Below are positions 18,619 to 27,902 of a stretch of 64,000 bases of DNA, piece by piece (the first letter of the stretch is position 1; the number at the start of each line of letters is the position of its first letter). The position numbers and the translations under genes are program-made. The notes beneath the pieces are model-generated. The model had not been told where the DNA came from and did no database searches. It worked only from the letters and a program-made list of their open reading frames with translations. Source of the DNA: a bacterium (GTDB taxonomy: Bacteria > Elusimicrobiota > Elusimicrobia > Elusimicrobiales > UBA9959); the NCBI GenBank assembly GCA_021811315.1, contig JAJZPF010000002.1, positions 95,958 to 159,957 of the forward strand, read 5' to 3'.

Positions 18619-18916
18619 GGCCGACAATTATATCCCCGCGGTCATAAAGACCTCGCTGGACCTCCCCCCGCTGTGGGGCAGGCTGGCTTTTCTTTCGCCG
18701 GGCGAAGCGGAGCTGGTCAGCCACTTCGAGCTGCCCGCCGGCAAGGTGGTCGCCCTCACTTTCGAGCTTGGCCGCGCCCCTTTCGAGGATATCCGCGCGC
18801 GCATAAATAAAGCCCTGCGCGACAGGGATGGCTACTATAATTATTCCCTCGTATTCCTGGACCCCGCCCAGTCGGAACTTCTCAAGTCCGCCATAGCCGA
18901 AGCCGCGCCCCGCTGA
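18605..18916 (+). CDS. Hypothetical small protein (103 aa)
   Basis: ORF overlapping the 3' end of the preceding gene by 14 nt, same strand. No family recognised. Confidence 0.4.
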   Translation: MNPNKADNYIPAVIKTSLDLPPLWGRLAFLSPGEAELVSHFELPAGKVVALTFELGRAPFEDIRARINKALRDRDGYYNYSLVFLDPAQSELLKSAIAEAAPR

Positions 18917-18985
18917 CCGCCGCTAATTTCTCACCTCGCCAACCTAGGTAGGATTGATATACAGCCTTTTATGCTCTAGGCCTTG

Positions 18986-19018
18986 ATATTTATATTAATC
19001 TGTGCTATATTTATATTA
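18986..19018. promoter_or_regulatory. Two copies of ATATTTATATTA spaced 21 bp apart upstream of glnA
   Basis: Exact 12-mers at 18986-18997 and 19007-19018, in an AT-rich island within GC-rich DNA, 32-64 nt upstream of the glnA ATG. Confidence 0.4.
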
Positions 19019-19049
19019 GTTCCTAATATTTTAGTTGGAGGACAATGTC

Positions 19050-20501
19050 ATGCCCAGAACAAAAAGCGCCGAGCCTGTAGTCCTGAAAAATTTCCTCGAG
19101 ATCCCCTACGACGAGCTTGAAGCCATGAACCTGGAGGCCGCGGAAGCCGCGGAAACGCTGTCGCCCGCCGAGCTTGAAAAAAAATACCGCGCTTATCTGC
19201 AGAACGAAAAGCGCCTCAAGGCGGTCACGCTCTGCTTCTCGGACATCGAGGGCCGCTTCCACATGCTCGACTACGACAAGCAGTACTTCCTCAGGGCGAA
19301 CGATAACCTGACCTTCGACGGTTCCTCGATCCGCGGCTTCTCGGCGCAGAAAGAATCCGACCTCCGGCTCGGGATAGACTGGGGCAGCATTTTCTGGCTC
19401 CCCTCCGACGTCTTCGGCCCCGGGAAAGTGATCCTTTTCGGCACCGTCCTGAACCGCGATAAAACCCCCTACGAATCCGATTTCCGCACGCGCCTGGCGG
19501 AGCTGGCCAAAGACCTGCAGAAAACCCGGGGCATCACCGCGAACGTCGCCGGCGAGGTGGAGGGCTTCCTGGTCAAAGGCCTCAGCGCCGAGCAGGTCTA
19601 CAATAAAGTCACGGGGTTCGAGCTTATCTCCACCGGCGGCTACTTCCATTCCCTCCCCCTGGACCAGCTGAAGATGTTCATCGACGCCGCGGCCGAGGTG
19701 CAGCGGGCGATGGGCTTTAAGAACGAGAAAGACCACCCCGAAGTGGCCCCCTCCCAGTTCGAGCTCAACTTCTCCTATGCGAGCGTGGTGCGCGCCTGCG
19801 ACCTGATCCAGCTCTACAAGCTGGTCTGCCGCCAGGTCGCCGCCAATATGGGCATGACCGCCACCTTCCTGCCCAAGCCGGTCTCCGGCGTGAACGGGAG
19901 CGGGATGCACCTGAACCTCTCCTTCTTCAAAGGCGGGAAGAACCTTTTCCACGATAAAAAAGGAGAGGACGGGCTGTCCGCGACGGCCTGGGATATCATC
20001 TCCAGGCTCCTTAACCACGCCCAGGAACTGTCCCTTATCCTGAACTCGAGCGTGAACGCCTACCGCCGCCTGGACCCGCATTTCGAAGCCCCGAACCAGA
20101 TCAAGGTCTCCTCGGTGGACCGCGGCGCGATGATCCGCATCCCGGCCGGGAACGAGAGGTCCGCCCGGATAGAGATCCGCTCTGTCGGGCCCGACGCGAA
20201 CCCGTACCTCGCCCTGTACGCCCTGCTCCGCACAGCCCTCGACGGCGAGCCGCTGACCAAGGACGAAAGCAAGCGCGACCGCGTGCGCTTCCTCCCCGGC
20301 AATATCTACGACGCGATCCGCATTTTCCGCGGAAGCGAATTCGTAAAGAAAATAATGGGCGAGTCTTCGCACGAGAAATACCTCCTGCACAAGCAGGCGG
20401 CGGCCGACCGGAGCCCGAAAGAGCTCGGCTCGATCGTCAAGTCCTCGGAAGTCCTCTTCCACCACGACGTGACGACCCAGATGCTCTGGCATAAGTTCTA
20501 G
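19050..20501 (+). CDS. glnA: Glutamine synthetase family protein
   Basis: GS catalytic-domain motifs (KPVSGVNGSGMHLNLSF, NAYRRL, RIEIRSVGPDANPYL). Start at ATG 19050 with GGAGG 8 nt upstream. The track ORF starts at TTG 19035. Confidence 0.85.
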   Translation: MPRTKSAEPVVLKNFLEIPYDELEAMNLEAAEAAETLSPAELEKKYRAYLQNEKRLKAVTLCFSDIEGRFHMLDYDKQYFLRANDNLTFDGSSIRGFSAQKESDLRLGIDWGSIFWLPSDVFGPGKVILFGTVLNRDKTPYESDFRTRLAELAKDLQKTRGITANVAGEVEGFLVKGLSAEQVYNKVTGFELISTGGYFHSLPLDQLKMFIDAAAEVQRAMGFKNEKDHPEVAPSQFELNFSYASVVRACDLIQLYKLVCRQVAANMGMTATFLPKPVSGVNGSGMHLNLSFFKGGKNLFHDKKGEDGLSATAWDIISRLLNHAQELSLILNSSVNAYRRLDPHFEAPNQIKVSSVDRGAMIRIPAGNERSARIEIRSVGPDANPYLALYALLRTALDGEPLTKDESKRDRVRFLPGNIYDAIRIFRGSEFVKKIMGESSHEKYLLHKQAAADRSPKELGSIVKSSEVLFHHDVTTQMLWHKF

Positions 20502-20522
20502 GGGCCGCCTTAGGAGCGTAAT

Positions 20523-20557
20523 GCGGAGCGGCCCGGGAGCCGCTCCGCTATTTTTTT
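20523..20557 (+). terminator. Rho-independent terminator after glnA
   Basis: GCGGAGCGGC (20523-20532), 6-nt loop, GCCGCTCCGC (20539-20548), followed by TATTTTTTT. Confidence 0.8.
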
Positions 20558-20578
20558 GCCAACAGCCAAAATTAGGGT

Positions 20579-20584
20579 TATAAT
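20579..20584 (+). promoter_or_regulatory. -10 box TATAAT located 6 nt upstream of the ATG at 20591 (possible leaderless mRNA)
   Basis: GGTTATAATCTAATCATG; no Shine-Dalgarno sequence is possible in the 6-nt gap. Confidence 0.45.
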
Positions 20585-20590
20585 CTAATC

Positions 20591-21802
20591 ATGCAATTTA
20601 CGCGCTTACGCATCATCGCCGCCGTCCTCCTTCTGCTTTTCGCCGGAGGAGGGGCCTTCGCCTACTTTAAATATAAAAAGATCTCGAATTACCTGATAGG
20701 GCAGATAAACGGGCAAACCTCTAAAAAGTTCGGCAGGCAGGTGAAATTCGGGAGCATCTCGTTCTCCCCCCTCAAAGGCATAGTTATCAGGGAAGCCTGC
20801 GTCTCGCGGCGCCCTGATTTCTCAAAAGGCAGCTTCTTCTGCGCGGCGAAAACCGTCATCAGGCCGGAACTGACCGCGCTGCTCCGGAATAAAATTTATT
20901 TTTCCAAAGTGGCCTTCGAAAAGCCGGTGCTGAAAGTCCGCGAGCGGGGCGGCGCCTGGGACTTCGCCGACCTGCTGGCCCTCATCCCGGAAACCGACAA
21001 AGGGCTCTACCTCACCTGGAACGCCAGCGAGCTTTCGATGTCCGGGGCGACCCTGGAGGCGGACCTGGAGACCTCCGGGCTTTCGCTGGCCCTGGAGAAC
21101 GCCGACATTTCGCTAGAGCACTATTCCTCCTTCGGCGGGAACTACGGCCTTTCCGCGGAAGGCCTCGTCAAGACCGTGCTGAAGGGGAAGCTCCTGTCCG
21201 CCGAAGTCAGGATCAAGACGGACGCGAACTTCGACTACGGCGGGCTGTCCTCGACCAAGGGCTCCCTCAGCGCGGAAAACCTTTCCTACGGCGCGATGAC
21301 GCTCGAGAGCTTCAAGACGGACTGGACCCTGTTCAACCTCCGCAAGCCGCTTGCCGACAAGAACTATTCCATCGCCCTCAACGCCGAGAAACTGCTGATC
21401 CCCGGCCAGGAAACCTCGATCAGGGAAGGCGTCTCAAAAGGCCTGGCGCTCTTTTCCGCGGCTATGGGACGCCCCGCGCCTAAAATAGAGGACATAGAGA
21501 TGTCCTCGCTTACCGCGGCGTTCCGCCTGGACAATTCGGCCCTGGCGCTCAAAGACCTGGAGCTCCGCACCAACTTCATGGACCTTTCAGCGGGCCTGGC
21601 CATCGACGGGCCCGCGAAGACGGCCGAGGCCGGCATAGACGCGGCGATAGGCTCAAACAGGATAAAGCTGTCGGCCTCCGGGCCTATGGCCTCGCCCAGG
21701 CTGCTGCCCGCGCTTTCAGCGACGCTCGCGGGGAAACTTAAGGAAGCGCTGGCGAACGCGGAGAACGGCCTTCTGAAGTTCTTCCCCGTTACAGGAGAAT
21801 AA
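20591..21802 (+). CDS. AsmA-like/DUF748-like membrane-anchored protein
   Basis: 403 aa. N-terminal TM anchor followed by a KFGRQVKFGSISFSPLKGIVI-type start typical of AsmA-like proteins. Confidence 0.55.
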   Translation: MQFTRLRIIAAVLLLLFAGGGAFAYFKYKKISNYLIGQINGQTSKKFGRQVKFGSISFSPLKGIVIREACVSRRPDFSKGSFFCAAKTVIRPELTALLRNKIYFSKVAFEKPVLKVRERGGAWDFADLLALIPETDKGLYLTWNASELSMSGATLEADLETSGLSLALENADISLEHYSSFGGNYGLSAEGLVKTVLKGKLLSAEVRIKTDANFDYGGLSSTKGSLSAENLSYGAMTLESFKTDWTLFNLRKPLADKNYSIALNAEKLLIPGQETSIREGVSKGLALFSAAMGRPAPKIEDIEMSSLTAAFRLDNSALALKDLELRTNFMDLSAGLAIDGPAKTAEAGIDAAIGSNRIKLSASGPMASPRLLPALSATLAGKLKEALANAENGLLKFFPVTGE

Positions 21803-21807
21803 TAATT

Positions 21808-23172
21808 ATGCCTATAAAAGTTATCGTGATCGGTTCCGGCCCCGGCGGCTACCCGGCGGCGCTGCGCCTTAAGGAGCTGGGCGCCGAGGTGACGATAGTC
21901 GAGGCCTGGGAGCTCGGCGGGACCTGCCTCAACCGCGGCTGCATCCCCTCCAAGGCTTTTCTCGACACCGGGCACAGGGTCCACGCCTTCGACGGGCTGC
22001 GCAAACTGCTTAAAGACGGCTCGGGCGTGAATTTCTCGCCGGAGATGCTCGACTGGGATAAAGTCAAAGCCCGCCGCGCCGAAGTGGTGAGCAAACTGAG
22101 AACTTCGCTGGAAAAGCTTTTCCAGGCGAAGAAGATAGAGGTCCTCCGCGGCAAAGCCGCTTTCTCCGGGCCGAACGAGGTGACCGTGACCGGGCCGCAG
22201 GGCGCGGTAAAGAAAACTTTCGATTACGCCATCCTCGCCGCCGGCACGAGGCCGAGTTTCCCCCCGCCGTTCAGGGATTTCCAGGCTGAGCTGACGGATT
22301 CCGACCGCGTCTTCGACCTCCCGCGCCTGCCGAAGTCGCTGCTGATAGTCGGCGGCGGCGTGATCGGCCTCGAGTTCGCCTGTTTCTTCAACGCCGTCGG
22401 AGTGGAAGTAAACGTGCTTGAAATACTGCCGGAGATCCTCGCCGGGGAGGACCCGCAGGTTATCCGCGCCGTCCGCTCCTCTTTCGAGAAGCGGGGCGTA
22501 AAGTTCCACCTCGGCAAGAAAACCGCCTGCATAGATATCTCCGGCGGCCTCAAGACCGTGGAGCTGGAGGACGGAACCAGGCTGGAGGCCGAGGAGATAC
22601 TGGTAGGCGCCGGCCGGTCGGCCGACCTCACGGGCATGGGGCTGGAAGCCCTGGGCCTGGCCTGGGACAGGAAAGGCGTTAAAGCGGATGCCGGGCTGCG
22701 CACCTCGATCCCTAATATTTTCGCCGTCGGCGACGTCAACGGCGTCTCGCTCCTGGCGCATTCCGCCGCCCGGCAGGGCGAAATAGCGGCGGAAAATATC
22801 ATGGGCGCGAACCGCGTTTTTGACGCCGACATAGTCCCCCGCTGCGTCTACGCCTGGCCCGAAGTCGGGTCGGTAGGACTGAACAAGGCCCAGGCCGAAG
22901 CCAAAGGCCTTACGGTCAGGACGGCGCGCTCCTTTTACCTGGGCATAGGAAAGGCCGTAGCCACCGACGAGACCGACGGCTTCGCGCAACTGGTCTTCGA
23001 CGCCGCCGACGAGACCGTGCTGGGCGCGCAGTTGGTGGGCGGACCGGCCACGGAGCTGATACACCTCCTGGCCCTGGCCGTAAAGCTGAAGCTGAAGCGC
23101 AAAGACCTGAAGGAAATAATTTACGCCCACCCGACGATGGCCGAAGCTATCCATGAGGCGCTGTATAAATGA
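21808..23172 (+). CDS. lpd: Dihydrolipoyl dehydrogenase
   Basis: GSGPGGY FAD motif, redox-active GGTCLNRGCIPSK, C-terminal YAHPTMAEAIHEA dimerisation motif; 454 aa. Confidence 0.92.
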   Translation: MPIKVIVIGSGPGGYPAALRLKELGAEVTIVEAWELGGTCLNRGCIPSKAFLDTGHRVHAFDGLRKLLKDGSGVNFSPEMLDWDKVKARRAEVVSKLRTSLEKLFQAKKIEVLRGKAAFSGPNEVTVTGPQGAVKKTFDYAILAAGTRPSFPPPFRDFQAELTDSDRVFDLPRLPKSLLIVGGGVIGLEFACFFNAVGVEVNVLEILPEILAGEDPQVIRAVRSSFEKRGVKFHLGKKTACIDISGGLKTVELEDGTRLEAEEILVGAGRSADLTGMGLEALGLAWDRKGVKADAGLRTSIPNIFAVGDVNGVSLLAHSAARQGEIAAENIMGANRVFDADIVPRCVYAWPEVGSVGLNKAQAEAKGLTVRTARSFYLGIGKAVATDETDGFAQLVFDAADETVLGAQLVGGPATELIHLLALAVKLKLKRKDLKEIIYAHPTMAEAIHEALYK

Positions 23173-23933
23173 AGGTCCTGTCCTGGAACGTTAACGGGTA
23201 CCGCGCCGTCCTGAAAAAAGGTTTCGGCGAATTCCTGCTTTCGGCCAGGCCGGACATCCTCGGCCTGCAGGAAGTCAAGTCCTGCCCCGGCCAGCTCGCG
23301 CCGAAAGACACCGCTTTCCCCGGCTATACCCCCGCCTGGAACTGCGCCGAACGCAAAGGGTACAGCGGCGTGGCCGCCTTCTACGCCAAAAAGCCCCTTT
23401 CGGTCTCGAACGGTTTCGGGGAGCCCCGCTTCGACGGCGAGGGGCGGGTGATCACGCTGGAATACCGCGATTTTTTCCTGCTGAACGTGTATTTCCCGAA
23501 CGGGGGCCAGGGCCCGGAGCGCCTGGCGTTCAAGCTGGATTTCTATGAAGCCTTCCTGGAACACATAGAGAAGCTGCGCAAAACCGGCAAGGCCGTGATC
23601 TTCTGCGGCGACGTGAACACCGCCCACAAAGAGATCGACCTCGCCCGCCCAAAAGAGAACGTCGGGAATTCCGGGTTCATGCCGGTAGAGCGGGCCTGGC
23701 TGGACAAGATCACCGGGAAGGGCTGGGTGGACACTTTCCGCGACAGGCACCCTGAGCCGGAGCAGTACACCTGGTGGGATTATAAAACCCGCGCCAGGGA
23801 GAGGAACGTAGGCTGGCGCCTGGATTATTTCTTCGTCAACAAAGAAAAAGCGTCTTTGATAAAAGACGCTTTCATCCTCCCGGAAGTCCAGGGCTCGGAC
23901 CATTGCCCCGTCGGAATAACCCTGGACCTGTAG
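23169..23933 (+). CDS. xth: Exodeoxyribonuclease III
   Basis: MKVLSWNVNGYRA N-terminus, GDVNTAHKEIDL, C-terminal GSDHCPV; 254 aa. Overlaps the lpd stop by 4 nt. Confidence 0.92.
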   Translation: MKVLSWNVNGYRAVLKKGFGEFLLSARPDILGLQEVKSCPGQLAPKDTAFPGYTPAWNCAERKGYSGVAAFYAKKPLSVSNGFGEPRFDGEGRVITLEYRDFFLLNVYFPNGGQGPERLAFKLDFYEAFLEHIEKLRKTGKAVIFCGDVNTAHKEIDLARPKENVGNSGFMPVERAWLDKITGKGWVDTFRDRHPEPEQYTWWDYKTRARERNVGWRLDYFFVNKEKASLIKDAFILPEVQGSDHCPVGITLDL

Positions 23934-23940
23934 GCCCGTC

Positions 23941-24444
23941 TTACTCTTTGGGATAGCTGACCGAAATTATCTCCAGCTGGACGGCCCCGTTCTTGCGCGG
24001 GAGCATCACCTTGGCCCCGGCGGCGGCCCCCAGCAGGGCCCCGGCCAGCGGCGACCCCCAGTTAAGCTTTCCCGCCGCGGCGTCAGCCTCGTCTTCCCCC
24101 ACGAGCTTATATTCCCTCACCGCGCCGTCCGGCTCCCTCACCGTCACGGTCGCGCCGAAGCGCACGTCCTCCGCGGCCTGCCCGCGGTTGTCCACCAGGA
24201 TCGCGCGCTTTATCTGCGTCTCGTAATATTCGATATCCATTTCCGCCTGGCGCAGCTCGAGGCTGCGCGCCTCGTCGGGGCGCTGTTTGGAGACGAGGCT
24301 CGCGCGCTGCCAGGCCAGCTCCGCCGCCTTCGCCTTGAGCAGTTCAAACCCGGCGGGCGTGACATAGTTGGGCCGGCCGCTGGGCTGCCTTTTAACGGGC
24401 TCCCCCGGATCTTCTTTGTCGTCCCTTACGAATGCCCGGCTCAT
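23941..24444 (-). CDS. GreA/GreB-family protein
   Basis: 167 aa. Coiled-coil N-terminal part and a GreA/B C-terminal-like part (VTVREPDGAVREYKLVGEDEAD...GKLNWGSPLAGALLG). Confidence 0.7.
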   Translation of the reverse strand: MSRAFVRDDKEDPGEPVKRQPSGRPNYVTPAGFELLKAKAAELAWQRASLVSKQRPDEARSLELRQAEMDIEYYETQIKRAILVDNRGQAAEDVRFGATVTVREPDGAVREYKLVGEDEADAAAGKLNWGSPLAGALLGAAAGAKVMLPRKNGAVQLEIISVSYPKE

Positions 24445-24454
24445 AAGATTCCCC

Positions 24455-26170
24455 TCAGGCCGTTCTTTCCGGCGACGGCTGCTCCGTCTTTTCGGCCTTC
24501 CAGCCGGAGATCCTGCGGATCAGGAAACCGGAGCCGTAAAGCGCCGCCCCGGTGAGGAGCAGGCACAGGATGCGCACCACGGTCGGGGCGGAAGCCGCGT
24601 CGTAAAGCAGCGCCTTCCCGGCGGCGAAACCGAGCACGAACATCGCGGATTTAGCCATCACCTCGTCCCTGCGGCTGAAAGCGTAGCCGATCACGCAGAC
24701 GGCGTAGAAAAGCCAGGAAGCCGAAACCTCGAGAGAACCGGCATCCTTGGTAAGCCTGTAAAGCCCGAGCACGGCTAGCAGGTGCGCCGCGCCCAGCAGC
24801 GGGGCGTAACCGTTATGGGGATCCAGGTCGCCGCCTTTAAAGTCGATCAGCACCCACAGGCTGCCGACGGAGACCAGGGAAACCGCCAGCCAGGACATAT
24901 CATTGCCGGACAGCAGGTGGGAGACCATGGACAGGTACTCTATGACCAGGACCGCCAGCAGCCCCAGGGCCGGTATGCGGTACGCGGAATTGCTCTTCCG
25001 GGCGGCGAGGTTTATCCCGGGCACGGCCAGGACGAGCGCGATGGCTACGAACAGCCAGGGGCGCGCGTCGGCGGGAAGGAGCTCGAGATAGAAAGAATGG
25101 AAGCAGACCACGGTTATAAAGGAGAGCACCATCGGCTGGCTGCCGAGGCTGCCTTCGGGGAACCTCTTCCTGGCGGCGAGGTAAAGCACGAAAAGGAAAG
25201 CGGCGAACCCGAGCGAAAGCCAGGGCGCCAGGTCCGGCTTTATCCGCTCGATGAAATAATACTCGGTAGCGTAAAAGAATAAAAGCACGGGGAGGAAGCT
25301 GTTGGACTCCGTTTCGGTCAGCGGCTTCCCGTTCTGCCGCGTGTAAAGATAGGTCCCCGCCGAGAAGACCAGGAAATGAAGGACGAGCATGCCCGCTATA
25401 AGCTTGTCCTGCCCGAGGCCGAGGCCGATGGCCGCCGTCATAAAGATGGCCAGGTAGGCCGAGATCAGGGTCAGAGTGCGGGACCGCACCCAGATAGAGA
25501 TGACCGAGAAAGACAGCGAGCACAGCAGGAAATAATAGACCGCGAACGTCGATTCGGAGCCGAGGCTGAGTATAAGCGGGGCGCAATAGGAGCCGATCGC
25601 GGCGGTTATAGGGTACATATCCTCCTTGATCTGCGTATAAAGCCAGATGCAGCCCCCGGAAACGATGCTGGCCATGGAAATGGCGGCCTCGAAAGTGATC
25701 AGGGAGTAAAGCCGGTGCGCGGCGAACACGGTGAGATAAAGCACGATGATGCCGGCGCCCGGCAGCAGGCTGGCGTATTCGCTGTCCGACTTCATCAGCG
25801 CGAACCCGGCCCCGATCAGGCCCAGCCCGAACAGTACCGCCAGGCCTATCTGCCTTTCGGGGGTCAGCCAGCCGGAATCTATGGAGAGCTTGATGATGAA
25901 CGCGGCGGCCAGCACGAAGCAGACGATCCCGACGACGCCGAGCCAGTTGCCGGACCTCTCCTTCCGTACCGGCGCGAAGCGCGGCGCCGGAACGGCGGCA
26001 GCGCCGGAAAGCATATTCTCCGTTACCGGCCGCGCGGGAGCGGGAGGCGGAGGCGGCGGAGGAGGAACGGCCGGCGGCCTGGGGATATTCAGGAAACTTT
26101 CCAGCTTGGCCAGGCGCTGTTCTATAGTGCTGAACCGCGTTTCCGCTCTTACTTGTTCTTCGAAACCCAT
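24455..26170 (-). CDS. Polytopic membrane protein (DUF2339-like) with Pro-rich N-terminal cytoplasmic segment
   Basis: 571 aa with a PPPPPPPAP stretch followed by many hydrophobic helices. Family assignment is tentative. Confidence 0.55.
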   Translation of the reverse strand: MGFEEQVRAETRFSTIEQRLAKLESFLNIPRPPAVPPPPPPPPAPARPVTENMLSGAAAVPAPRFAPVRKERSGNWLGVVGIVCFVLAAAFIIKLSIDSGWLTPERQIGLAVLFGLGLIGAGFALMKSDSEYASLLPGAGIIVLYLTVFAAHRLYSLITFEAAISMASIVSGGCIWLYTQIKEDMYPITAAIGSYCAPLILSLGSESTFAVYYFLLCSLSFSVISIWVRSRTLTLISAYLAIFMTAAIGLGLGQDKLIAGMLVLHFLVFSAGTYLYTRQNGKPLTETESNSFLPVLLFFYATEYYFIERIKPDLAPWLSLGFAAFLFVLYLAARKRFPEGSLGSQPMVLSFITVVCFHSFYLELLPADARPWLFVAIALVLAVPGINLAARKSNSAYRIPALGLLAVLVIEYLSMVSHLLSGNDMSWLAVSLVSVGSLWVLIDFKGGDLDPHNGYAPLLGAAHLLAVLGLYRLTKDAGSLEVSASWLFYAVCVIGYAFSRRDEVMAKSAMFVLGFAAGKALLYDAASAPTVVRILCLLLTGAALYGSGFLIRRISGWKAEKTEQPSPERTA

Positions 26171-26343
26171 CAGGCCCCCTTAAAGCGCGCTTCTTAATGT
26201 TTCCATATGATAACATTGAATATCCTTCAAATCAATATTAACCGCCGGCCCAGCGGCCGCCTGACGGCCCTCCTTGCCCGGGACTGTTCATATTTGTTAT
26301 AAATTTATATACCTTATCCGTAAAAAATTCCGCAGGAGGCCAT

Positions 26344-27465
26344 ATGTCCACCGCAACTACCCTGAGCCGCACAGCCCTGAACGAGACCATGAGGAAATAT
26401 GGCGGCAAGATGGTGGACTTCCACGGCTGGGAAATGCCCATACAGTTCGCCGGCATCCTCAAGGAACACGAGGCCGTGCGCAAGTCAGCCGGCCTCTTCG
26501 ACGTCTCCCACATGGGCCAGGTCTTCGTGACCGGCGCCGACGCCTTCAAGCTCCTGCAGAAAATAAACACCAACGACCTGCGCAAAGCCACTCCCGGCAA
26601 GGGCGTCTACTCGCACGTCACCAACCCCAACGCCGGCCTGGTCGACGACGTCATAGCTTTCTGCCTCGCCGCCGACCGCTACCTGGTCATCGTGAACGCC
26701 ACGACCTCCACGAAGGACTACGAATGGTTCAAGAGCCAGGCCGGCAAGATGCTGGTCAAAATAGAGAATAAGAGCGACGACTATTCAATGATAGCCGTGC
26801 AGGGCCCCAATGTCCCCAAGATGTTCGAGACCTTCGCCCCCGAAGCCCTGAAGCTGCCCCGCTTCGGCATAGTCGAGAAAGATATCATGGGCGAGCATTG
26901 CTATGTGAGCCGCACCGGCTATACCGGCGAGGACGGCTTCGAAGTGACGGCTCCCCACTCGATAATAAACAAGCTCTGGGAACATTTCATGGAGCTGGGC
27001 AAGCCCTACGGCATCGTGCCCTGCGGCCTGGGCGCGCGCGACACGCTGCGCCTTGAATCCGGCTACCTGCTTTACGGCCAGGACGTGGACGATTTCCACA
27101 CCACTTACGAAACCGGCTACGGCTGGGTGGTCTCCCTCGACAAGGGCGACTTCAACGGCCGCGAAATACTGGTCAAGCAGAAAGCCGAAGGCGTCAAGCG
27201 CCGCCTTACCGGCCTGACGCTTACCGGCGGCGTGCCCCGCTCCGGCTGCAAGGTTTTCCTGGACGGCAAACAGGTCGGCGAGCTGGCCAGCGCCACTTAT
27301 TCCCCCACCCTCAGGAAGGGGATAGGCGTCGGCTACATGGTTCCGCCGGACCTGAAACCCGGGGCCGCGGTGGAGGTAGAGATACACGGCAAGCGCGTCA
27401 AGGCCGAGATCACGCGCGTGCCTTTCCACAAAGGGACCGCCTTCAATAAAGGAATAGGGGCCTGA
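26344..27465 (+). CDS. gcvT: Glycine cleavage system T protein (aminomethyltransferase)
   Basis: 373 aa; GGKMVDFHGWEMPIQF, LFDVSHMG, SRTGYTGEDGFE motifs; RBS GGAGG upstream. Confidence 0.93.
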   Translation: MSTATTLSRTALNETMRKYGGKMVDFHGWEMPIQFAGILKEHEAVRKSAGLFDVSHMGQVFVTGADAFKLLQKINTNDLRKATPGKGVYSHVTNPNAGLVDDVIAFCLAADRYLVIVNATTSTKDYEWFKSQAGKMLVKIENKSDDYSMIAVQGPNVPKMFETFAPEALKLPRFGIVEKDIMGEHCYVSRTGYTGEDGFEVTAPHSIINKLWEHFMELGKPYGIVPCGLGARDTLRLESGYLLYGQDVDDFHTTYETGYGWVVSLDKGDFNGREILVKQKAEGVKRRLTGLTLTGGVPRSGCKVFLDGKQVGELASATYSPTLRKGIGVGYMVPPDLKPGAAVEVEIHGKRVKAEITRVPFHKGTAFNKGIGA

Positions 27466-27504
27466 GCGAAATTTTAAGTTTTCCAGCCATTCAAGGAGAA
27501 TACA

Positions 27505-27891
27505 ATGCCTAAACCCGAAGAAGTTAAATACACCAAGACCCATGAGTGGGTGCACCTCGGCGCGGAAGCGGCCGTGGGCATCTCTGACCACGCCCAGCAC
27601 GAGATGGGCGACGTAGTATTCGTGGAGCTCCCGAAAGTCGGCCAGAAGCTCGAGAAAGAAAAGCCCTGCGCCGTAGTGGAATCCGTTAAATCCGCTTTCG
27701 ACATTTACGCCCCGGTCTCCGGCGAAGTTACCGCTGTCAACGAGGCCGTCACCGGCGACCCGGCGCTGCTCAACCAGTCCCCGCTCGACAACGGCTGGCT
27801 GTTCAAAATGAAGGCTTCCAACCCGGCCGAAGGCGAAACCATGATGGACTGGGCCGCCTACCAGGAATTCATAAAGCAAGCGGCGCACTAA
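27505..27891 (+). CDS. gcvH: Glycine cleavage system H protein
   Basis: 128 aa. YTKTHEWV ... VESVKSAFDIYAPVSGEV includes the lipoyl-lysine motif (ESVK). Confidence 0.93.
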   Translation: MPKPEEVKYTKTHEWVHLGAEAAVGISDHAQHEMGDVVFVELPKVGQKLEKEKPCAVVESVKSAFDIYAPVSGEVTAVNEAVTGDPALLNQSPLDNGWLFKMKASNPAEGETMMDWAAYQEFIKQAAH

Positions 27892-27902
27892 ACCGAACTA
27901 AC

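Noticed and set aside
19024-19040. TAATATTTTAGTTGGAG upstream of glnA resembles part of the 31-bp inverted repeat of copy C (TAATATTTAGTTGCAAG)
   Set aside because: The match is only about 14 of 17 with an indel, in AT-rich sequence, and has no partner arm nearby. It is most likely chance.
19023-20492. 489-aa minus-strand ORF antisense to glnA. Similar long shadow ORFs include 16187..17308, 21364..23154, 24900..26216, 26785..27888, 28193..29260, 29243..30166, 38934..40145, 40837..41577, 45378..46169, 46091..47383, 49891..51066, 51133..52110, 59335..60597 and 61023..62114.
   Set aside because: Each lies opposite or out of frame to a gene with clear conserved motifs. Their products are Arg/Gly/Ala/Pro-rich low-complexity sequences with no recognisable motifs. 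Long stop-free antisense frames are expected in GC-rich DNA.
26171-26343. Looked for a glycine riboswitch upstream of gcvT
   Set aside because: The spacer is AT-rich and lacks the conserved glycine-aptamer elements I remember (GGAGAG...CACCG...GGGGCAA-type cores in tandem). No convincing aptamer fold was seen by eye. A cmscan would be needed to be definitive.
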